Below, piece after piece: positions 35,019 through 44,945 of a stretch of 64,000 bases of DNA (positions are counted from its first letter, which is position 1; each line of letters opens with the position of its first letter). Made by a program: the position numbers and the translations under genes. Below the pieces are notes generated by a model that saw nothing but the letters and a program-made list of their open reading frames with translations, was not told the DNA's origin and did not search any database. Origin of the DNA: Mariniblastus sp. GTDB taxonomy: Bacteria; Planctomycetota; Planctomycetia; Pirellulales; Pirellulaceae. The stretch lies in NCBI GenBank assembly GCA_014237975.1, contig JABACA010000005.1, forward strand, positions 2,473-66,472, given 5' to 3'.

Positions 35019-36599
35019 ATGACCGAATCACCGTTTGATTATCAACCGATTGCCCATGCGACATGGGCGTACCTTTCGTCACTGCTGATGTTGGCTTTGT
35101 TTTTCAAGTTCAACCGCTTCTGGAGTGTGCGCAATTTCGACCTGGTGTTGATCATCCTGTTGGCACCGGGAATTCTGCTGATCGATTACGGTCTCAAACT
35201 GGAAAAGAGCTTGCCATTCAATCTGGTCACCGCCTCGGAAACACAGCCTGCCCAGGGAGTTGATTCAGAGCCAGCCGCGTCGCAGCCGAGCGGCAAAACA
35301 CCTGGCCCATCTCGGGAACCGGGCTCACAGGCACTGCCGAAACCAGAGGATGCAGAAGATGGTCCGGCGGCGGTTCCTGGGGACCCAGCGAAAATTATAC
35401 AGGACGCCAAGCGGGCCAAGCAGCTTGAACGAGGGCAATGGAGCCAGCGATACGGTTACATCTGGCTGTTTTCTGTCGGCGCGTTAATCATGCTGCGGAT
35501 GCTGTTGGACCCGATACTGGTTCGCCGCCCCGTCTTGCTGCCCAATCTTAGCATCGGCGCATTGATATTTCTTGGTTGCAGCCTGCTGACATTTTTGGTG
35601 GTCAATATTATTACCGTGGGGGTGAGTGAAGATGATATGTCGGGCGCCCGCAGCGCGGTCAAGATGCTACAACGCGAAACGGCCGAACAAAGCGAAACGG
35701 CCCAGTTGCAACGACACGGCCCCGGATTTCCACTGTTCCACCTGTTTCCCGTCATCCCAACCTTTGATACGGGCGAACAACTTTTGAAAACGGATGCGGA
35801 TCGACCCCAAAACGACCCCAAATACCGAGCGGCCGCCAAGTCATTGGCGATTGCTGGCCAAACCGCGCTGATTCTCGGCTTGATCTTGATTGGGTTTTAC
35901 CATTTCAATAATTTCGCAATCGGTGTCGGCATGGCAACCATTTACCTGATGTTGCCCTACACGACACTGTTCACGGGAGCCGTATTACACGTGTTGCCGG
36001 GCGCCTTGCTAATTTGGGCTATTGTCTGTTTTCGCAAACCATGGATGGCAGGCATTTTCATTGGCTTGGCGACTGGCGTTTCCTATTACCCGCTATTTTT
36101 GTTGCCGCTGTGGATCAGTTTTTATTGGGAAAACGGCGTTAAGAGGTTTGTGGCGGGAGTCGTTATCGCCTTGTCCGTCTGCATCGGCGGTTTGTTGATG
36201 ACCTCCTCGGACCTGTCCCATTTTGGCAGCCAATTACAGGCGACGTTTGGATTCTGGCTGCCGATGATGGATGGCCTGGAAGGCATTTGGGGGCTGGGCT
36301 GGAGCCGCTCCTATCGCCTGCCGATTCTGGTAGCGTTTTTCCTGTTCTGTGTTTCGTTTGTGTTCTGGCCGATCCGGAAAAACCTGGGAACCTTGATCGC
36401 CTACACTTGCGCGATCATGATTGGGGTTCAGTTCTGGCACGGCTTTGGCGGCGGATTGTTCATGGCTTGGTATTTGCCAACCGCCTTGATGATCATATTC
36501 CGACCCGCCATGGAAGGTCGCGTCGCCAGCGTCGAATTGCGGAACTACCGCAAAGCCAAGGCATTGGAAACTCCGGAAGATTTGCTGCCAGCACCTTGA
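35019..36599 (+). CDS. Polytopic membrane protein of unknown function
   Basis: ORF 35019..36599. It has about 12 predicted TM helices. A ~90-aa Pro/Glu/Ala/Ser-rich loop follows TM2 (TQPAQGVDSEPAASQPSGKTPGPSREPGSQALPKPEDAEDGPAAVPGDP). No family recognised with confidence. Confidence 0.55.
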   Translation: MTESPFDYQPIAHATWAYLSSLLMLALFFKFNRFWSVRNFDLVLIILLAPGILLIDYGLKLEKSLPFNLVTASETQPAQGVDSEPAASQPSGKTPGPSREPGSQALPKPEDAEDGPAAVPGDPAKIIQDAKRAKQLERGQWSQRYGYIWLFSVGALIMLRMLLDPILVRRPVLLPNLSIGALIFLGCSLLTFLVVNIITVGVSEDDMSGARSAVKMLQRETAEQSETAQLQRHGPGFPLFHLFPVIPTFDTGEQLLKTDADRPQNDPKYRAAAKSLAIAGQTALILGLILIGFYHFNNFAIGVGMATIYLMLPYTTLFTGAVLHVLPGALLIWAIVCFRKPWMAGIFIGLATGVSYYPLFLLPLWISFYWENGVKRFVAGVVIALSVCIGGLLMTSSDLSHFGSQLQATFGFWLPMMDGLEGIWGLGWSRSYRLPILVAFFLFCVSFVFWPIRKNLGTLIAYTCAIMIGVQFWHGFGGGLFMAWYLPTALMIIFRPAMEGRVASVELRNYRKAKALETPEDLLPAP

Positions 36600-36736
36600 T
36601 TTGGCCGCCCTGGACAGGCCGAACTGCCCACCGTTGCGGCTGTACCAATTTTGACGATTTTGGCAGGCTTTCAGACTTGATCTGGGTCGAGTTTCACTCG
36701 GGGGACGCGCACTAATCGTCATAACAGGCCAACCAC

Positions 36737-36762
36737 TGGTTCGATGGTCGAAACATGGTCGA
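36737..36762. repeat. Three short direct repeats TGGT(T)CGA, with the last two phased 11 bp apart, 47-72 bp upstream of the DNase I-like gene
   Basis: Read directly from the sequence: TGGTTCGA (36737), TGGTCGA (36745), TGGTCGA (36756). A regulatory role is speculative. Confidence 0.3.
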
Positions 36763-36808
36763 TCAAGACGGTGGTTGTTTGTTGTTTGTCCCGTGCCGTA
36801 CTGGTTCC

Positions 36809-37870
36809 ATGAAACGATTTTTAAAAACATTTATGTTGGCCCTGCTGTTGGTTGCCGGAGCTTGGGCCCTGTACCATCGCGAACAAATTAATAGTATTTC
36901 GGATGCTATTTCGCTGGCTCGTCAGCATTTCTTTGAAGATGCAGGGTTCGAGTCAACGCTGGATGAGCAGCCACCATCGGCCCCAGCCGATGAACAGGCC
37001 CTGCTGCCGCGGTCCGCCATTCCGTTTCGACAGGTATCGATCAATAACGACTCCCAAACGGAAACGGTCGACCTGAAAACCATCCGCATTGCAAGCTTCA
37101 AAATTCATGGCAAAGGCAAACTGAGTGACCGCAAGCGCATTCAGCATTTGGCTGAAATCATAAGACAGTTTGACGTGGTTGCGATTCAGGATGACGATCA
37201 ACTCGACATGACCAGTCGCATCGTCAATTATTTGAACGAAAACGGACTAGGTGAATATCGTTTTGTTGATCGTCGCGACCGGAACCGGACGTTTGCAATC
37301 GTGTTTAATCAGCGCTCGGTGACCCTTGACCATTCTCGCTGGTATTCGGTCAATGATCCCAGCCGGTTACTGACCCACGAACCGCTGGTTGCCTGGTTTC
37401 GTGCTAAAAACACATCTCCCGACCAGGCCTTTACCTTTACGCTGGCCAACCTGGAACTGGACGCGGAGAAAGCGGAGCAGGAGTTGGGGCATTTGTCAGA
37501 CCTGTTTCTAGCGATCCGTGAAGACGGCCGGGGCGAAGACGATGTCCTGATTGCAGGCAACTTCAAATGTGGCGACGAAGTGCTGGTGGAAATCAAGGGT
37601 GCTGACGCGCTGAATTGGGTCGTAGCGGGCAAGCCGACCAACACGGAAAGTACCGCGCAGATGGACAACATCATTTTCAACCGTCAAGCAACGGTTGAAT
37701 ACACCGGAAAGAGTGGGGTTTACGATTTCATGGGCCGCCTCAACACAACCCTTGCCAGCGCTTTGACGATCTCCAAACACATGCCGGTCTGGGGCGAATT
37801 TTCCATCAAGGAAGGCCAGTCGTCGGGCCGCATCTCGTCCACATCGGAAAGCCCTTACCGGATCGAGTGA
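36809..37870 (+). CDS. Secreted or membrane-anchored DNase I-like (endonuclease/exonuclease/phosphatase fold) protein with substituted catalytic residues
   Basis: ORF 36755..37870, trimmed to the ATG at 36809 (MKRFLKTFMLALLLVAGAWALY signal/anchor). The body aligns by eye along its length with DNase I: IRIASFKI..., FDVVAIQDD, HEPLVAWF, DVLIAGNFKCG, MDNIIF, ISKHMPVW. Confidence 0.65.
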   Translation: MKRFLKTFMLALLLVAGAWALYHREQINSISDAISLARQHFFEDAGFESTLDEQPPSAPADEQALLPRSAIPFRQVSINNDSQTETVDLKTIRIASFKIHGKGKLSDRKRIQHLAEIIRQFDVVAIQDDDQLDMTSRIVNYLNENGLGEYRFVDRRDRNRTFAIVFNQRSVTLDHSRWYSVNDPSRLLTHEPLVAWFRAKNTSPDQAFTFTLANLELDAEKAEQELGHLSDLFLAIREDGRGEDDVLIAGNFKCGDEVLVEIKGADALNWVVAGKPTNTESTAQMDNIIFNRQATVEYTGKSGVYDFMGRLNTTLASALTISKHMPVWGEFSIKEGQSSGRISSTSESPYRIE

Positions 37871-38159
37871 ACAAAAGGTTTCACGTTTCCAGAGGCAGCC
37901 GACACATTGCCTTCACAACCGGGGCTGGGCCGAGTGGCCGGGCTGCGCCATGGTTAACATCTACGACCGGCTGTCGACAGCCCCCGGGCAACCGTGACCG
38001 AAGTGTCTCGAATCCAAGTTGCCAGCGCAACAAACGGGCCGAGTTTCCGGGAACAGAAGTATTTAAGATATTTTTTTCTCGTTTCTGGTGGAACATTCCG
38101 TAACATTACACATGGCTTGTCCTCCTTGAGGGCGACTCAACGGGGTTCCTCGTTCCTGA

Positions 38160-39347
38160 TTGGGCGACGATTTGAATATTTCATGCAATCAATGCGGAGG
38201 GCGGTTTTCGATTGCCGCCGATCAACTTGGCACGCGGGGCGAGTGTCCGCATTGCCGGGCAGCGATTGTATTGCCGAGGGAAAACAGGGGCATTCAGCGC
38301 CAAAGAGAACCGATCAAACCGCCCGGTCGCTGGATAGAAAACACGCTGATCGGTAGCGGGGCGATTGCCGTTAACCTGTTGGCACTGGTCCTGCTCACCA
38401 CAGTCCCGTGGACCAAGTTCAGCGAGGCTCCCGCCGCCCAGGGGGAACGGGTTCTGATCGGCCAGTTGCCACGGCAAATCCTGGTGGATGATCCCGACCG
38501 TCAATTCGAGCAAATTCAATCCGACCATCCCTTGCACGACAATCTGAGCGAAGCGATGGACAGTGAACGGATCGTGCCATCGTCGGTCAGCCGGGTCGCT
38601 GAAAATCAGGGTGACGCCCCTTTTTTTTCTCCAAGCTCAGGCGGCAGCGTCTCCTTCGAGGTGGAGTTCCCGCTCGACACGAATGTTCTGGAGGCCAGCG
38701 ATGAAGACTTTGGAAATCTCCTGGCGCGACTCAAAAAAGACGGCTTGGATATCGTCATTACGTTTGACAGTACCGGCAGCATGCAGGGTGAGATTGACCA
38801 GGTAAAAGACCAAATTGAACGGATCGGGGGCGTCCTGTTCAAGTTGATACCGAAAACGAGAATTTCTATCTGTACGTACCGCGATCAAGGTGATGCGTAC
38901 GTCGTCAAAGGGCTGCCGCTGACGGACAATCTCGCCGAGATAGTCCTGTATCTCAGTGACATCCAGGCAGCCGGCGGAGGGGATGAGCCCGAGGCGGTCG
39001 ACGACGGTCTTCAGTGGTCGATTGAAAAGAACGATTTTCGGCGACGCGCAAGAAAAGTCATCCTGCTGTTTGGCGACGCTCCACCGCGAGCGTCCCGAGT
39101 CGTCCGCTGTCAAAAAATGGTATCCGATTTCCGCAACGCGGGCGGGGTTGTTAGCACCGTGACTTGCCGCAAACCGGATCGAATGGACGAATTTGTTTCT
39201 ATTGCGCAGCTTGGCCGCGGGGAGTCATTCTTAACACAGGATGAACAGCAAATCATGAGCCAGCTGATCGTATTGGTATTTGGCAGCCAGCACCGAGCCA
39301 AAGTACTGGAAGCTTTTGACTTGTTGCAGCCCGGATTGGGTCAATAG
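38160..39347 (+). CDS. Zinc-ribbon / TM / von Willebrand factor A (vWA) domain protein
   Basis: ORF 38160..39347 with a TTG start (an alternative TTG lies at 38172). It has the ribbon CNQCGG...CPHC and the TM helix LIGSGAIAVNLLALVLLTTV. The vWA domain has a MIDAS-like DSTGS in DIVITFDSTGSMQGEI and ...AAGGGDEPEAV.... Confidence 0.65.
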   Translation: MGDDLNISCNQCGGRFSIAADQLGTRGECPHCRAAIVLPRENRGIQRQREPIKPPGRWIENTLIGSGAIAVNLLALVLLTTVPWTKFSEAPAAQGERVLIGQLPRQILVDDPDRQFEQIQSDHPLHDNLSEAMDSERIVPSSVSRVAENQGDAPFFSPSSGGSVSFEVEFPLDTNVLEASDEDFGNLLARLKKDGLDIVITFDSTGSMQGEIDQVKDQIERIGGVLFKLIPKTRISICTYRDQGDAYVVKGLPLTDNLAEIVLYLSDIQAAGGGDEPEAVDDGLQWSIEKNDFRRRARKVILLFGDAPPRASRVVRCQKMVSDFRNAGGVVSTVTCRKPDRMDEFVSIAQLGRGESFLTQDEQQIMSQLIVLVFGSQHRAKVLEAFDLLQPGLGQ

Positions 39348-39512
39348 GAAGCGGCCCATTTCAGCGCCTTTGTTGATTCCATCCGGAAATTTGGGTTTCC
39401 TAAAACGCCAAACGTTGAATAAGGCAGTCGCAATCGTTGGATCGATAAGTATATTGGTAGGATTCAATTTCACGAACATTCACATTCCTCGACCCGGTTC
39501 GTTTTCAGCACG

Positions 39513-40424
39513 ATGAGTAACTCCTACCAACTGACCCATCTGAAACAGCTTGAAGCTGAGTCCATTCATATCATACGCGAGGTGGTAGCCGAATTTAGCA
39601 ACCCGGTCATGCTGTATTCGATCGGGAAAGACTCGTCGGTCATGGTGCATTTGGCACTCAAGGCGTTTTACCCAGCCAAGCCACCGTTTTCCCTGATGCA
39701 TGTTGACACCCTGTGGAAATTTCGCGACATGTACAAGTTTCGCGAAGAATACGCCAAGAAAGAATTGGGACTGGAAGTCATTACGTATGTCAACGAAGCG
39801 GGTGCCGCGCTGGGGCTGGATCCATTGGTCGCCAGCGGGAAACATACCACGGTGATGAAAACCGAAGGGCTGAAACAAGCGCTGGACAAGTACCAGTTTG
39901 ACGCCGCCTTTGGTGGTGCACGGCGGGACGAGGAAAAATCAAGAGCCAAAGAACGAGTTTACTCGTTTCGAGACCGCAATCACCGGTGGGACCCCAAAAA
40001 CCAACGGCCCGAGCTTTGGAACCTGTACAACTCGCGGGTCAACAAGGGTGAGAGCATCCGGGTGTTTCCGTTGTCCAATTGGACAGAACTCGATGTATGG
40101 CAATATATCCATCTGGAGCAGATCCCGATTGTTCCCCTTTATTTTGCGGCCAAGCGACCGGTAGTCATGCGAGACGGAGTCATGATCATGGTGGACGACG
40201 ACCGCCTTGCCTTGGAACCGAACGAGCAGCCGGAAGAAAAAATGGTGCGTTTTCGAACGCTTGGTTGTTACCCGCTGACCGGGGCGGTTGAATCAGAAGC
40301 AACTACGCTGCCGGAAATTATCCAAGAAATGTTGTTGGCGACGACCTCTGAGCGCCAAGGCCGAGTCATTGATAACGATGACGAGGGTACCATGCAGCAA
40401 AAGAAAGAAGAAGGTTATTTTTAG
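39513..40424 (+). CDS. cysD: Sulfate adenylyltransferase subunit 2
   Basis: ORF 39513..40424. [48 protein letters not shown] and ELWNLYN together make a canonical CysD. Confidence 0.95.
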   Translation: MSNSYQLTHLKQLEAESIHIIREVVAEFSNPVMLYSIGKDSSVMVHLALKAFYPAKPPFSLMHVDTLWKFRDMYKFREEYAKKELGLEVITYVNEAGAALGLDPLVASGKHTTVMKTEGLKQALDKYQFDAAFGGARRDEEKSRAKERVYSFRDRNHRWDPKNQRPELWNLYNSRVNKGESIRVFPLSNWTELDVWQYIHLEQIPIVPLYFAAKRPVVMRDGVMIMVDDDRLALEPNEQPEEKMVRFRTLGCYPLTGAVESEATTLPEIIQEMLLATTSERQGRVIDNDDEGTMQQKKEEGYF

Positions 40425-40507
40425 AGATTCAAGAATCGAACGGAATTACCAAGTTTTTTGTTTTACCGCAGCTTCGCTGCGAGCCTCCTTGTTAAAAGAA
40501 AGCAAAC

Positions 40508-42424
40508 GTGTCGCATCAATCCGAGCTCATTGCATCAGACATCGACGCTTACCTGGCGCAGCACGAACAAAAAGAGCTGTTGAGGTTTTTGACTTGCGGC
40601 AGTGTCGATGATGGCAAAAGCACCCTGATTGGCCGGCTGCTTTACGATTCAAAGATGATCTACGAGGATCAGTTGGCCAAGATTGAAAAGGATTCCGTCG
40701 CCCACGGCACGACCGGCGGTTCGTTCGACCCTGCTCTGTTGACCGACGGACTCAAGGAAGAACGAGAGCAGGGAATCACGATCGATGTTGCTTACCGTTA
40801 TTTTTCTACGGCCAAGCGGAAGTTTATTATTGCCGACACGCCCGGCCATGTTCAGTACACGCGCAATATGGCCACCGGCGCCTCCACGGCCGACCTGGCC
40901 GTTATTCTCATCGATGCCCGCAAGGGAGTCTTGGAACAGACCAAGCGGCACAGCTTTATCGCGTCACTGTTGGGTATCAAGCACGTTCTGGTCGCGATCA
41001 ACAAAATGGACCTGGTCGATTTTGATGAACAGGTTTTCGAGCAAATCCAGAAAGACTATCGGGAATTTGCTTCCCGCCTGGATAGCACCGACCTGCATTT
41101 CATACCGATTTCTGCGCTCGATGGGGATAACGTTGTTAACCTGAGTGAACGCTCGCCCTGGTACCAGGGCAGTACGCTGATGAATTTTCTGGAAAGCGTG
41201 TACATCGGTTCGGATCGCAACTTGGAAGATTTTCGGTTTCCCGTTCAATATGTCCTGCGCCCCAATCTCGATTTCCGCGGCTTTTCCGGAACGGTTTCCT
41301 CCGGGATCATTCGCAAGGGCGACGAGGTCATGGCCCTGCCTTCCAGGAAAACAAGCCACGTCAAAGACATTGTGACGTTTGATGGCAGCCGCGACGAAGC
41401 ATTTGCACCGTTGAGTGTCACGCTGACATTGGAGGATGAAATTGATGTGAGCCGTGGCGACATGCTGGTCCGACCCGGCAACGTACCGAAAAGTGAGCAA
41501 AAATTTGATGCGATGATCGTCTGGATGGCCGAACAGCCGATGATTCCCGGGAATCAATACCTGTTTAAGCATACGACCAAAACCGTACCGGGTTCGTTTA
41601 CAACATTGCGTTACTGCGTGGACGTCAACACGATGCATCGGCAGCCATCCCCGGCCTTGGAGTTGAATCAGATCGGCAGGGTGAACGTCTCGTTGAACCA
41701 GCCTATCGCGTTTGACCGGTATCGCAGAAACAAATCAACCGGGGCGTTCATCGTGATCGATCGAATCACGAATGTGACGGTGGCAGCGGGCATGATTCTC
41801 GATCGTCGGACCAGTGAAGACGAGGCAGGCCACTGGGACGAAGAACCCCACAGCGAATCATTAACGCAGGAAATCAGTAATGTTTCTCCGGAGGAACGTG
41901 CGGCCAGGTATGGCCAGACACCAGTGACCCTGTTGCTCACAGGTTTGCCTGGCGCAGGAAAATCGTCGACCGCTTATGGCCTGGAGCGAAAGCTGTTTGA
42001 CCTGGGCCGAAGTGCTTTTGTGGTGGATGGACAGAATATGCGGCTTGGCATCAGCCGAGACCTCGGTTTCAGCGCGGTCGATCGTTCCGAAAACCTGCGG
42101 CGGGCTGCCGAATTAGGGAAACTGATGAACCGCAACGGTTTGGTTTGCATACTGGCTTTGGTCGCGCCCAGCGAGGAGGCGCGCGAGAAAGCGGCGCAGG
42201 TTGTCGGCACGGACCATTTCCTGGTCGTTCACCTGACGGCGCCGGCAGAAGTTTGTGCGGCCAGGAATCAAGACGTTCGGGATGGTGAAACAACCGAGCG
42301 GGCAGCGCTGGATTACCAAGAACCCGTCAAGGCAGACCTGACACTGGATACCGAGAAACTCGATACGGTCGCGTGTGTCGATGAAATCACAAAACTACTG
42401 GAATCAAAGCAGTATATTGAATAG
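40508..42424 (+). CDS. cysN: Bifunctional sulfate adenylyltransferase subunit 1 / adenylylsulfate kinase (CysN-CysC fusion)
   Basis: ORF 40508..42424 with a GTG start. The GTPase motifs are [20 protein letters not shown] and NKMD. The C-terminal APS kinase has P-loop [10 protein letters not shown] and ...[16 protein letters not shown]. Confidence 0.95.
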   Translation: MSHQSELIASDIDAYLAQHEQKELLRFLTCGSVDDGKSTLIGRLLYDSKMIYEDQLAKIEKDSVAHGTTGGSFDPALLTDGLKEEREQGITIDVAYRYFSTAKRKFIIADTPGHVQYTRNMATGASTADLAVILIDARKGVLEQTKRHSFIASLLGIKHVLVAINKMDLVDFDEQVFEQIQKDYREFASRLDSTDLHFIPISALDGDNVVNLSERSPWYQGSTLMNFLESVYIGSDRNLEDFRFPVQYVLRPNLDFRGFSGTVSSGIIRKGDEVMALPSRKTSHVKDIVTFDGSRDEAFAPLSVTLTLEDEIDVSRGDMLVRPGNVPKSEQKFDAMIVWMAEQPMIPGNQYLFKHTTKTVPGSFTTLRYCVDVNTMHRQPSPALELNQIGRVNVSLNQPIAFDRYRRNKSTGAFIVIDRITNVTVAAGMILDRRTSEDEAGHWDEEPHSESLTQEISNVSPEERAARYGQTPVTLLLTGLPGAGKSSTAYGLERKLFDLGRSAFVVDGQNMRLGISRDLGFSAVDRSENLRRAAELGKLMNRNGLVCILALVAPSEEAREKAAQVVGTDHFLVVHLTAPAEVCAARNQDVRDGETTERAALDYQEPVKADLTLDTEKLDTVACVDEITKLLESKQYIE

Positions 42425-42446
42425 CCGCTTTCCTGCAGAGCCAACA

Positions 42447-43454
42447 ATGGAGATTGCCAACTGCCCACCGTTTAGGCCTTTTCGCTTGGGGCGGCATGCG
42501 CATTTGCAAACCATTGCAGCGGTGTTTTTGCGCGGCAAGCCGGACCAGGAGTTGGCAACACGGCAAATGGTTCGTCTGTCAGATGGTGATCGCCTGGTGA
42601 TTCATGACAACCGGCCGATGACGTGGCATCCGGGAGACCGGATCGCCATTTTTTTGCACGGTCTGTGTGGAAGTCATGCGTCCCCTTACGTGGCTCGAGC
42701 GGCCCGCAAACTAAGAGCTACCGGAGTCCGTACCGTCCGGGTTGATTTCAGGGGATTTGGTGACAGCGCACTGATTTCGCAGCATCATCTTTATGCGGGG
42801 TGCAGCCAGGATTTACGGGACGTGGTTCAACACGTTCGCCAGTTGAGCCCCACATCACAAATCAGCCTGATCGGTTTTTCCATCGGCGCGTCGATCATGC
42901 TCAAGACACTGGGCGAGTGGTCTTCAGCCTATCCCAAATGTGTCGATTCGGCCGTGGCCGTTTCGCCTCCCATCGATTTGGTGCACAGCTGTGCCAATCT
43001 GCAAAACAATGGTAATCGAATTTACGATCACTATTTCGTTAGCCATCTAAAGGCCAACCTGGCTATGCGACGCCGTAAGGTTGCCAGGCTGGTCGACAAT
43101 AATATTAACCCGCTGCCCAATCGACTGGTACACTTTGACGACCAATTCACCGGTCCGGTCTGGGGATTTCGCGGCGCACGCGACTACTATGAAAAATGCA
43201 GCTCCGGCCCACTGTTGACCCAGGTTCAGGTGCCGACGATTATACTGGCGTCCAAAGATGATCCGGTGGTTCCCTTTCAGATGTTTTCCAATTGGCCGAT
43301 GTCGTCCAAAATCAATTTAGTCACAACTCGCCGGGGGGGCCATCTCGGGTTTCTTGGCCTTCATCGGTCCGATCCGGATCGACACTGGATGGATTGGCGC
43401 ATTTGCCGGTGGATTGAAGCAGTCAACAACAAAACAGGGCATCTGTCTGGCTAG
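42447..43454 (+). CDS. Alpha/beta hydrolase (YheT/ABHD1-3-like)
   Basis: ORF 42375..43454, trimmed to the ATG at 42447 because the upstream part overlaps the cysNC end. It carries HGLCGSH, the nucleophile elbow GFSIGA, DDPVVPF and GGHLGF. Confidence 0.75.
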   Translation: MEIANCPPFRPFRLGRHAHLQTIAAVFLRGKPDQELATRQMVRLSDGDRLVIHDNRPMTWHPGDRIAIFLHGLCGSHASPYVARAARKLRATGVRTVRVDFRGFGDSALISQHHLYAGCSQDLRDVVQHVRQLSPTSQISLIGFSIGASIMLKTLGEWSSAYPKCVDSAVAVSPPIDLVHSCANLQNNGNRIYDHYFVSHLKANLAMRRRKVARLVDNNINPLPNRLVHFDDQFTGPVWGFRGARDYYEKCSSGPLLTQVQVPTIILASKDDPVVPFQMFSNWPMSSKINLVTTRRGGHLGFLGLHRSDPDRHWMDWRICRWIEAVNNKTGHLSG

Positions 43455-43664
43455 AAAGACCGTCTTCTGGCATCTTACGGTCCCATTCTGGCGACCGACA
43501 AATGGGTCGTCGGCAGCCGATTGTGCCCCCAACGCCGGATGAAGGGCCCCTTTCAGCCGTTTTTGTAACCCAGTGGCTGTTCGGTCCGTGCATGAACTTC
43601 TTGTCACCCGTAGGGCCAGCTGACAAAATAGAACCAAATTCTTTCCTAATGAGATGATCCTCGT

Positions 43665-44939
43665 ATGAGCCCCTATTTACGCTACAGCCCGCATTGGCTT
43701 GTTACTCTTGTGATTTCTGTTTGTGCCATCCCGTCAAAAAGCCAGGCTGACGACTGGGCCCGTTTCCGGGGACCGAACGGCACGGGGCAGTCCGCTGTAA
43801 CCGGACTGCCACTCAAGTGGACAGAGAGTGATTATCGCTGGAAAAAGAAACTGGCCGGTTCTGGCTCAAGTGCGCCCGTCATCTGGGGTAACCGGCTGTT
43901 TGTAACCAGTTGTAATACTGAAACGGCAGAAATTTTTGTTCAATGCCTGGATGCAACAAGCGGAAAACAGCTCTGGGAAACCCGTTTCCAATCCAAGCCT
44001 TATCGGATTCACCGCCGCAACAGCTATGCATCGAGTACACCCGTCGTCGATGGGGACCACGTGTACGTGACCTATGCCAGCCCGCAACATACGTACCTGG
44101 TGGCACTGGACCATCAAGGCAAGGAAGTCTGGCGACGTGACTTTGGGCGCTGGGTTTCCATGCACGGGTTTGGAGCATCCCCGATGATCCATCGAGACAA
44201 GGTCGTGCTGATCAATTCCCAGCAGGCCGATAAATTGCCAGCCGATGCCGAGCCGGGCAGCAGTCGAGCGATCGCGGTTGACCGTCTTACCGGAAAAGAT
44301 GTGTGGGCTACCAAGCTGGGGACAACGACTGCCAACTACTCGGTACCCTGTGTTTTCTCGCTAGACGGTCGAGACCAGTTAATCGCCTGCAGCTCGGCCG
44401 AGGGTTTTTTCAGCCTGGACCCGGACAGCGGGGAGTTCAATTGGAAAATGCCGGCATTTCGCATGCGGACCGTTGCATCACCCGTTCTGGAGGGAAACCT
44501 GATACTGGGCAGTACAGGCTCCGGGGGTGGCGGCAATTATCTGGTGGCGGCGCAGATCGGCGACCAGGGCGCAAAGAAATTATACGAGGTAAATCAGGCG
44601 GCCAATTATGTCCCCAGCCCGATTGTATGTAACGGGTTGGTGTTTCTGTTTTCAGACAAAGGGATCGCCTCCTGCGTGGAAGCCAACTCGGGCGAAGTGA
44701 TGTGGAAAAAACGGATTGCCAAAGGTTTTTCCGGCTCGCCTGTTGCAACGGCCACCCATATCTACGTGATGGACGAAGCGGGTGACGTCGTCGTCCTGGC
44801 AGCGTCGCGCGATTTCGAGGAACCGGCGGTTAACCCTTTGGGCGAGGATTCCCGTTCGACTCCTGCCATCGCCAACGGTTGCCTGTTTTTTCGAACAGAC
44901 ACCCAGTTGTTCTGTTTGGAAAGTACGGCAACGGATTGA
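43665..44939 (+). CDS. Secreted PQQ-like beta-propeller repeat protein
   Basis: ORF 43665..44939. It has a signal peptide (LVTLVISVCAIPSKSQADDW). Repeated W/G-rich blades (GKQLWE, GKEVWR, GKDVWA, GEFNWK, GEVMWK) are typical of PQQ/BamB-like propellers. Confidence 0.75.
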   Translation: MSPYLRYSPHWLVTLVISVCAIPSKSQADDWARFRGPNGTGQSAVTGLPLKWTESDYRWKKKLAGSGSSAPVIWGNRLFVTSCNTETAEIFVQCLDATSGKQLWETRFQSKPYRIHRRNSYASSTPVVDGDHVYVTYASPQHTYLVALDHQGKEVWRRDFGRWVSMHGFGASPMIHRDKVVLINSQQADKLPADAEPGSSRAIAVDRLTGKDVWATKLGTTTANYSVPCVFSLDGRDQLIACSSAEGFFSLDPDSGEFNWKMPAFRMRTVASPVLEGNLILGSTGSGGGGNYLVAAQIGDQGAKKLYEVNQAANYVPSPIVCNGLVFLFSDKGIASCVEANSGEVMWKKRIAKGFSGSPVATATHIYVMDEAGDVVVLAASRDFEEPAVNPLGEDSRSTPAIANGCLFFRTDTQLFCLESTATD

Positions 44940-44945
44940 CTATTG

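Noticed and set aside
40964-41638. 224-aa minus-strand ORF
   Set aside because: It is antisense to cysNC, whose GTPase motifs are intact in the sense frame.
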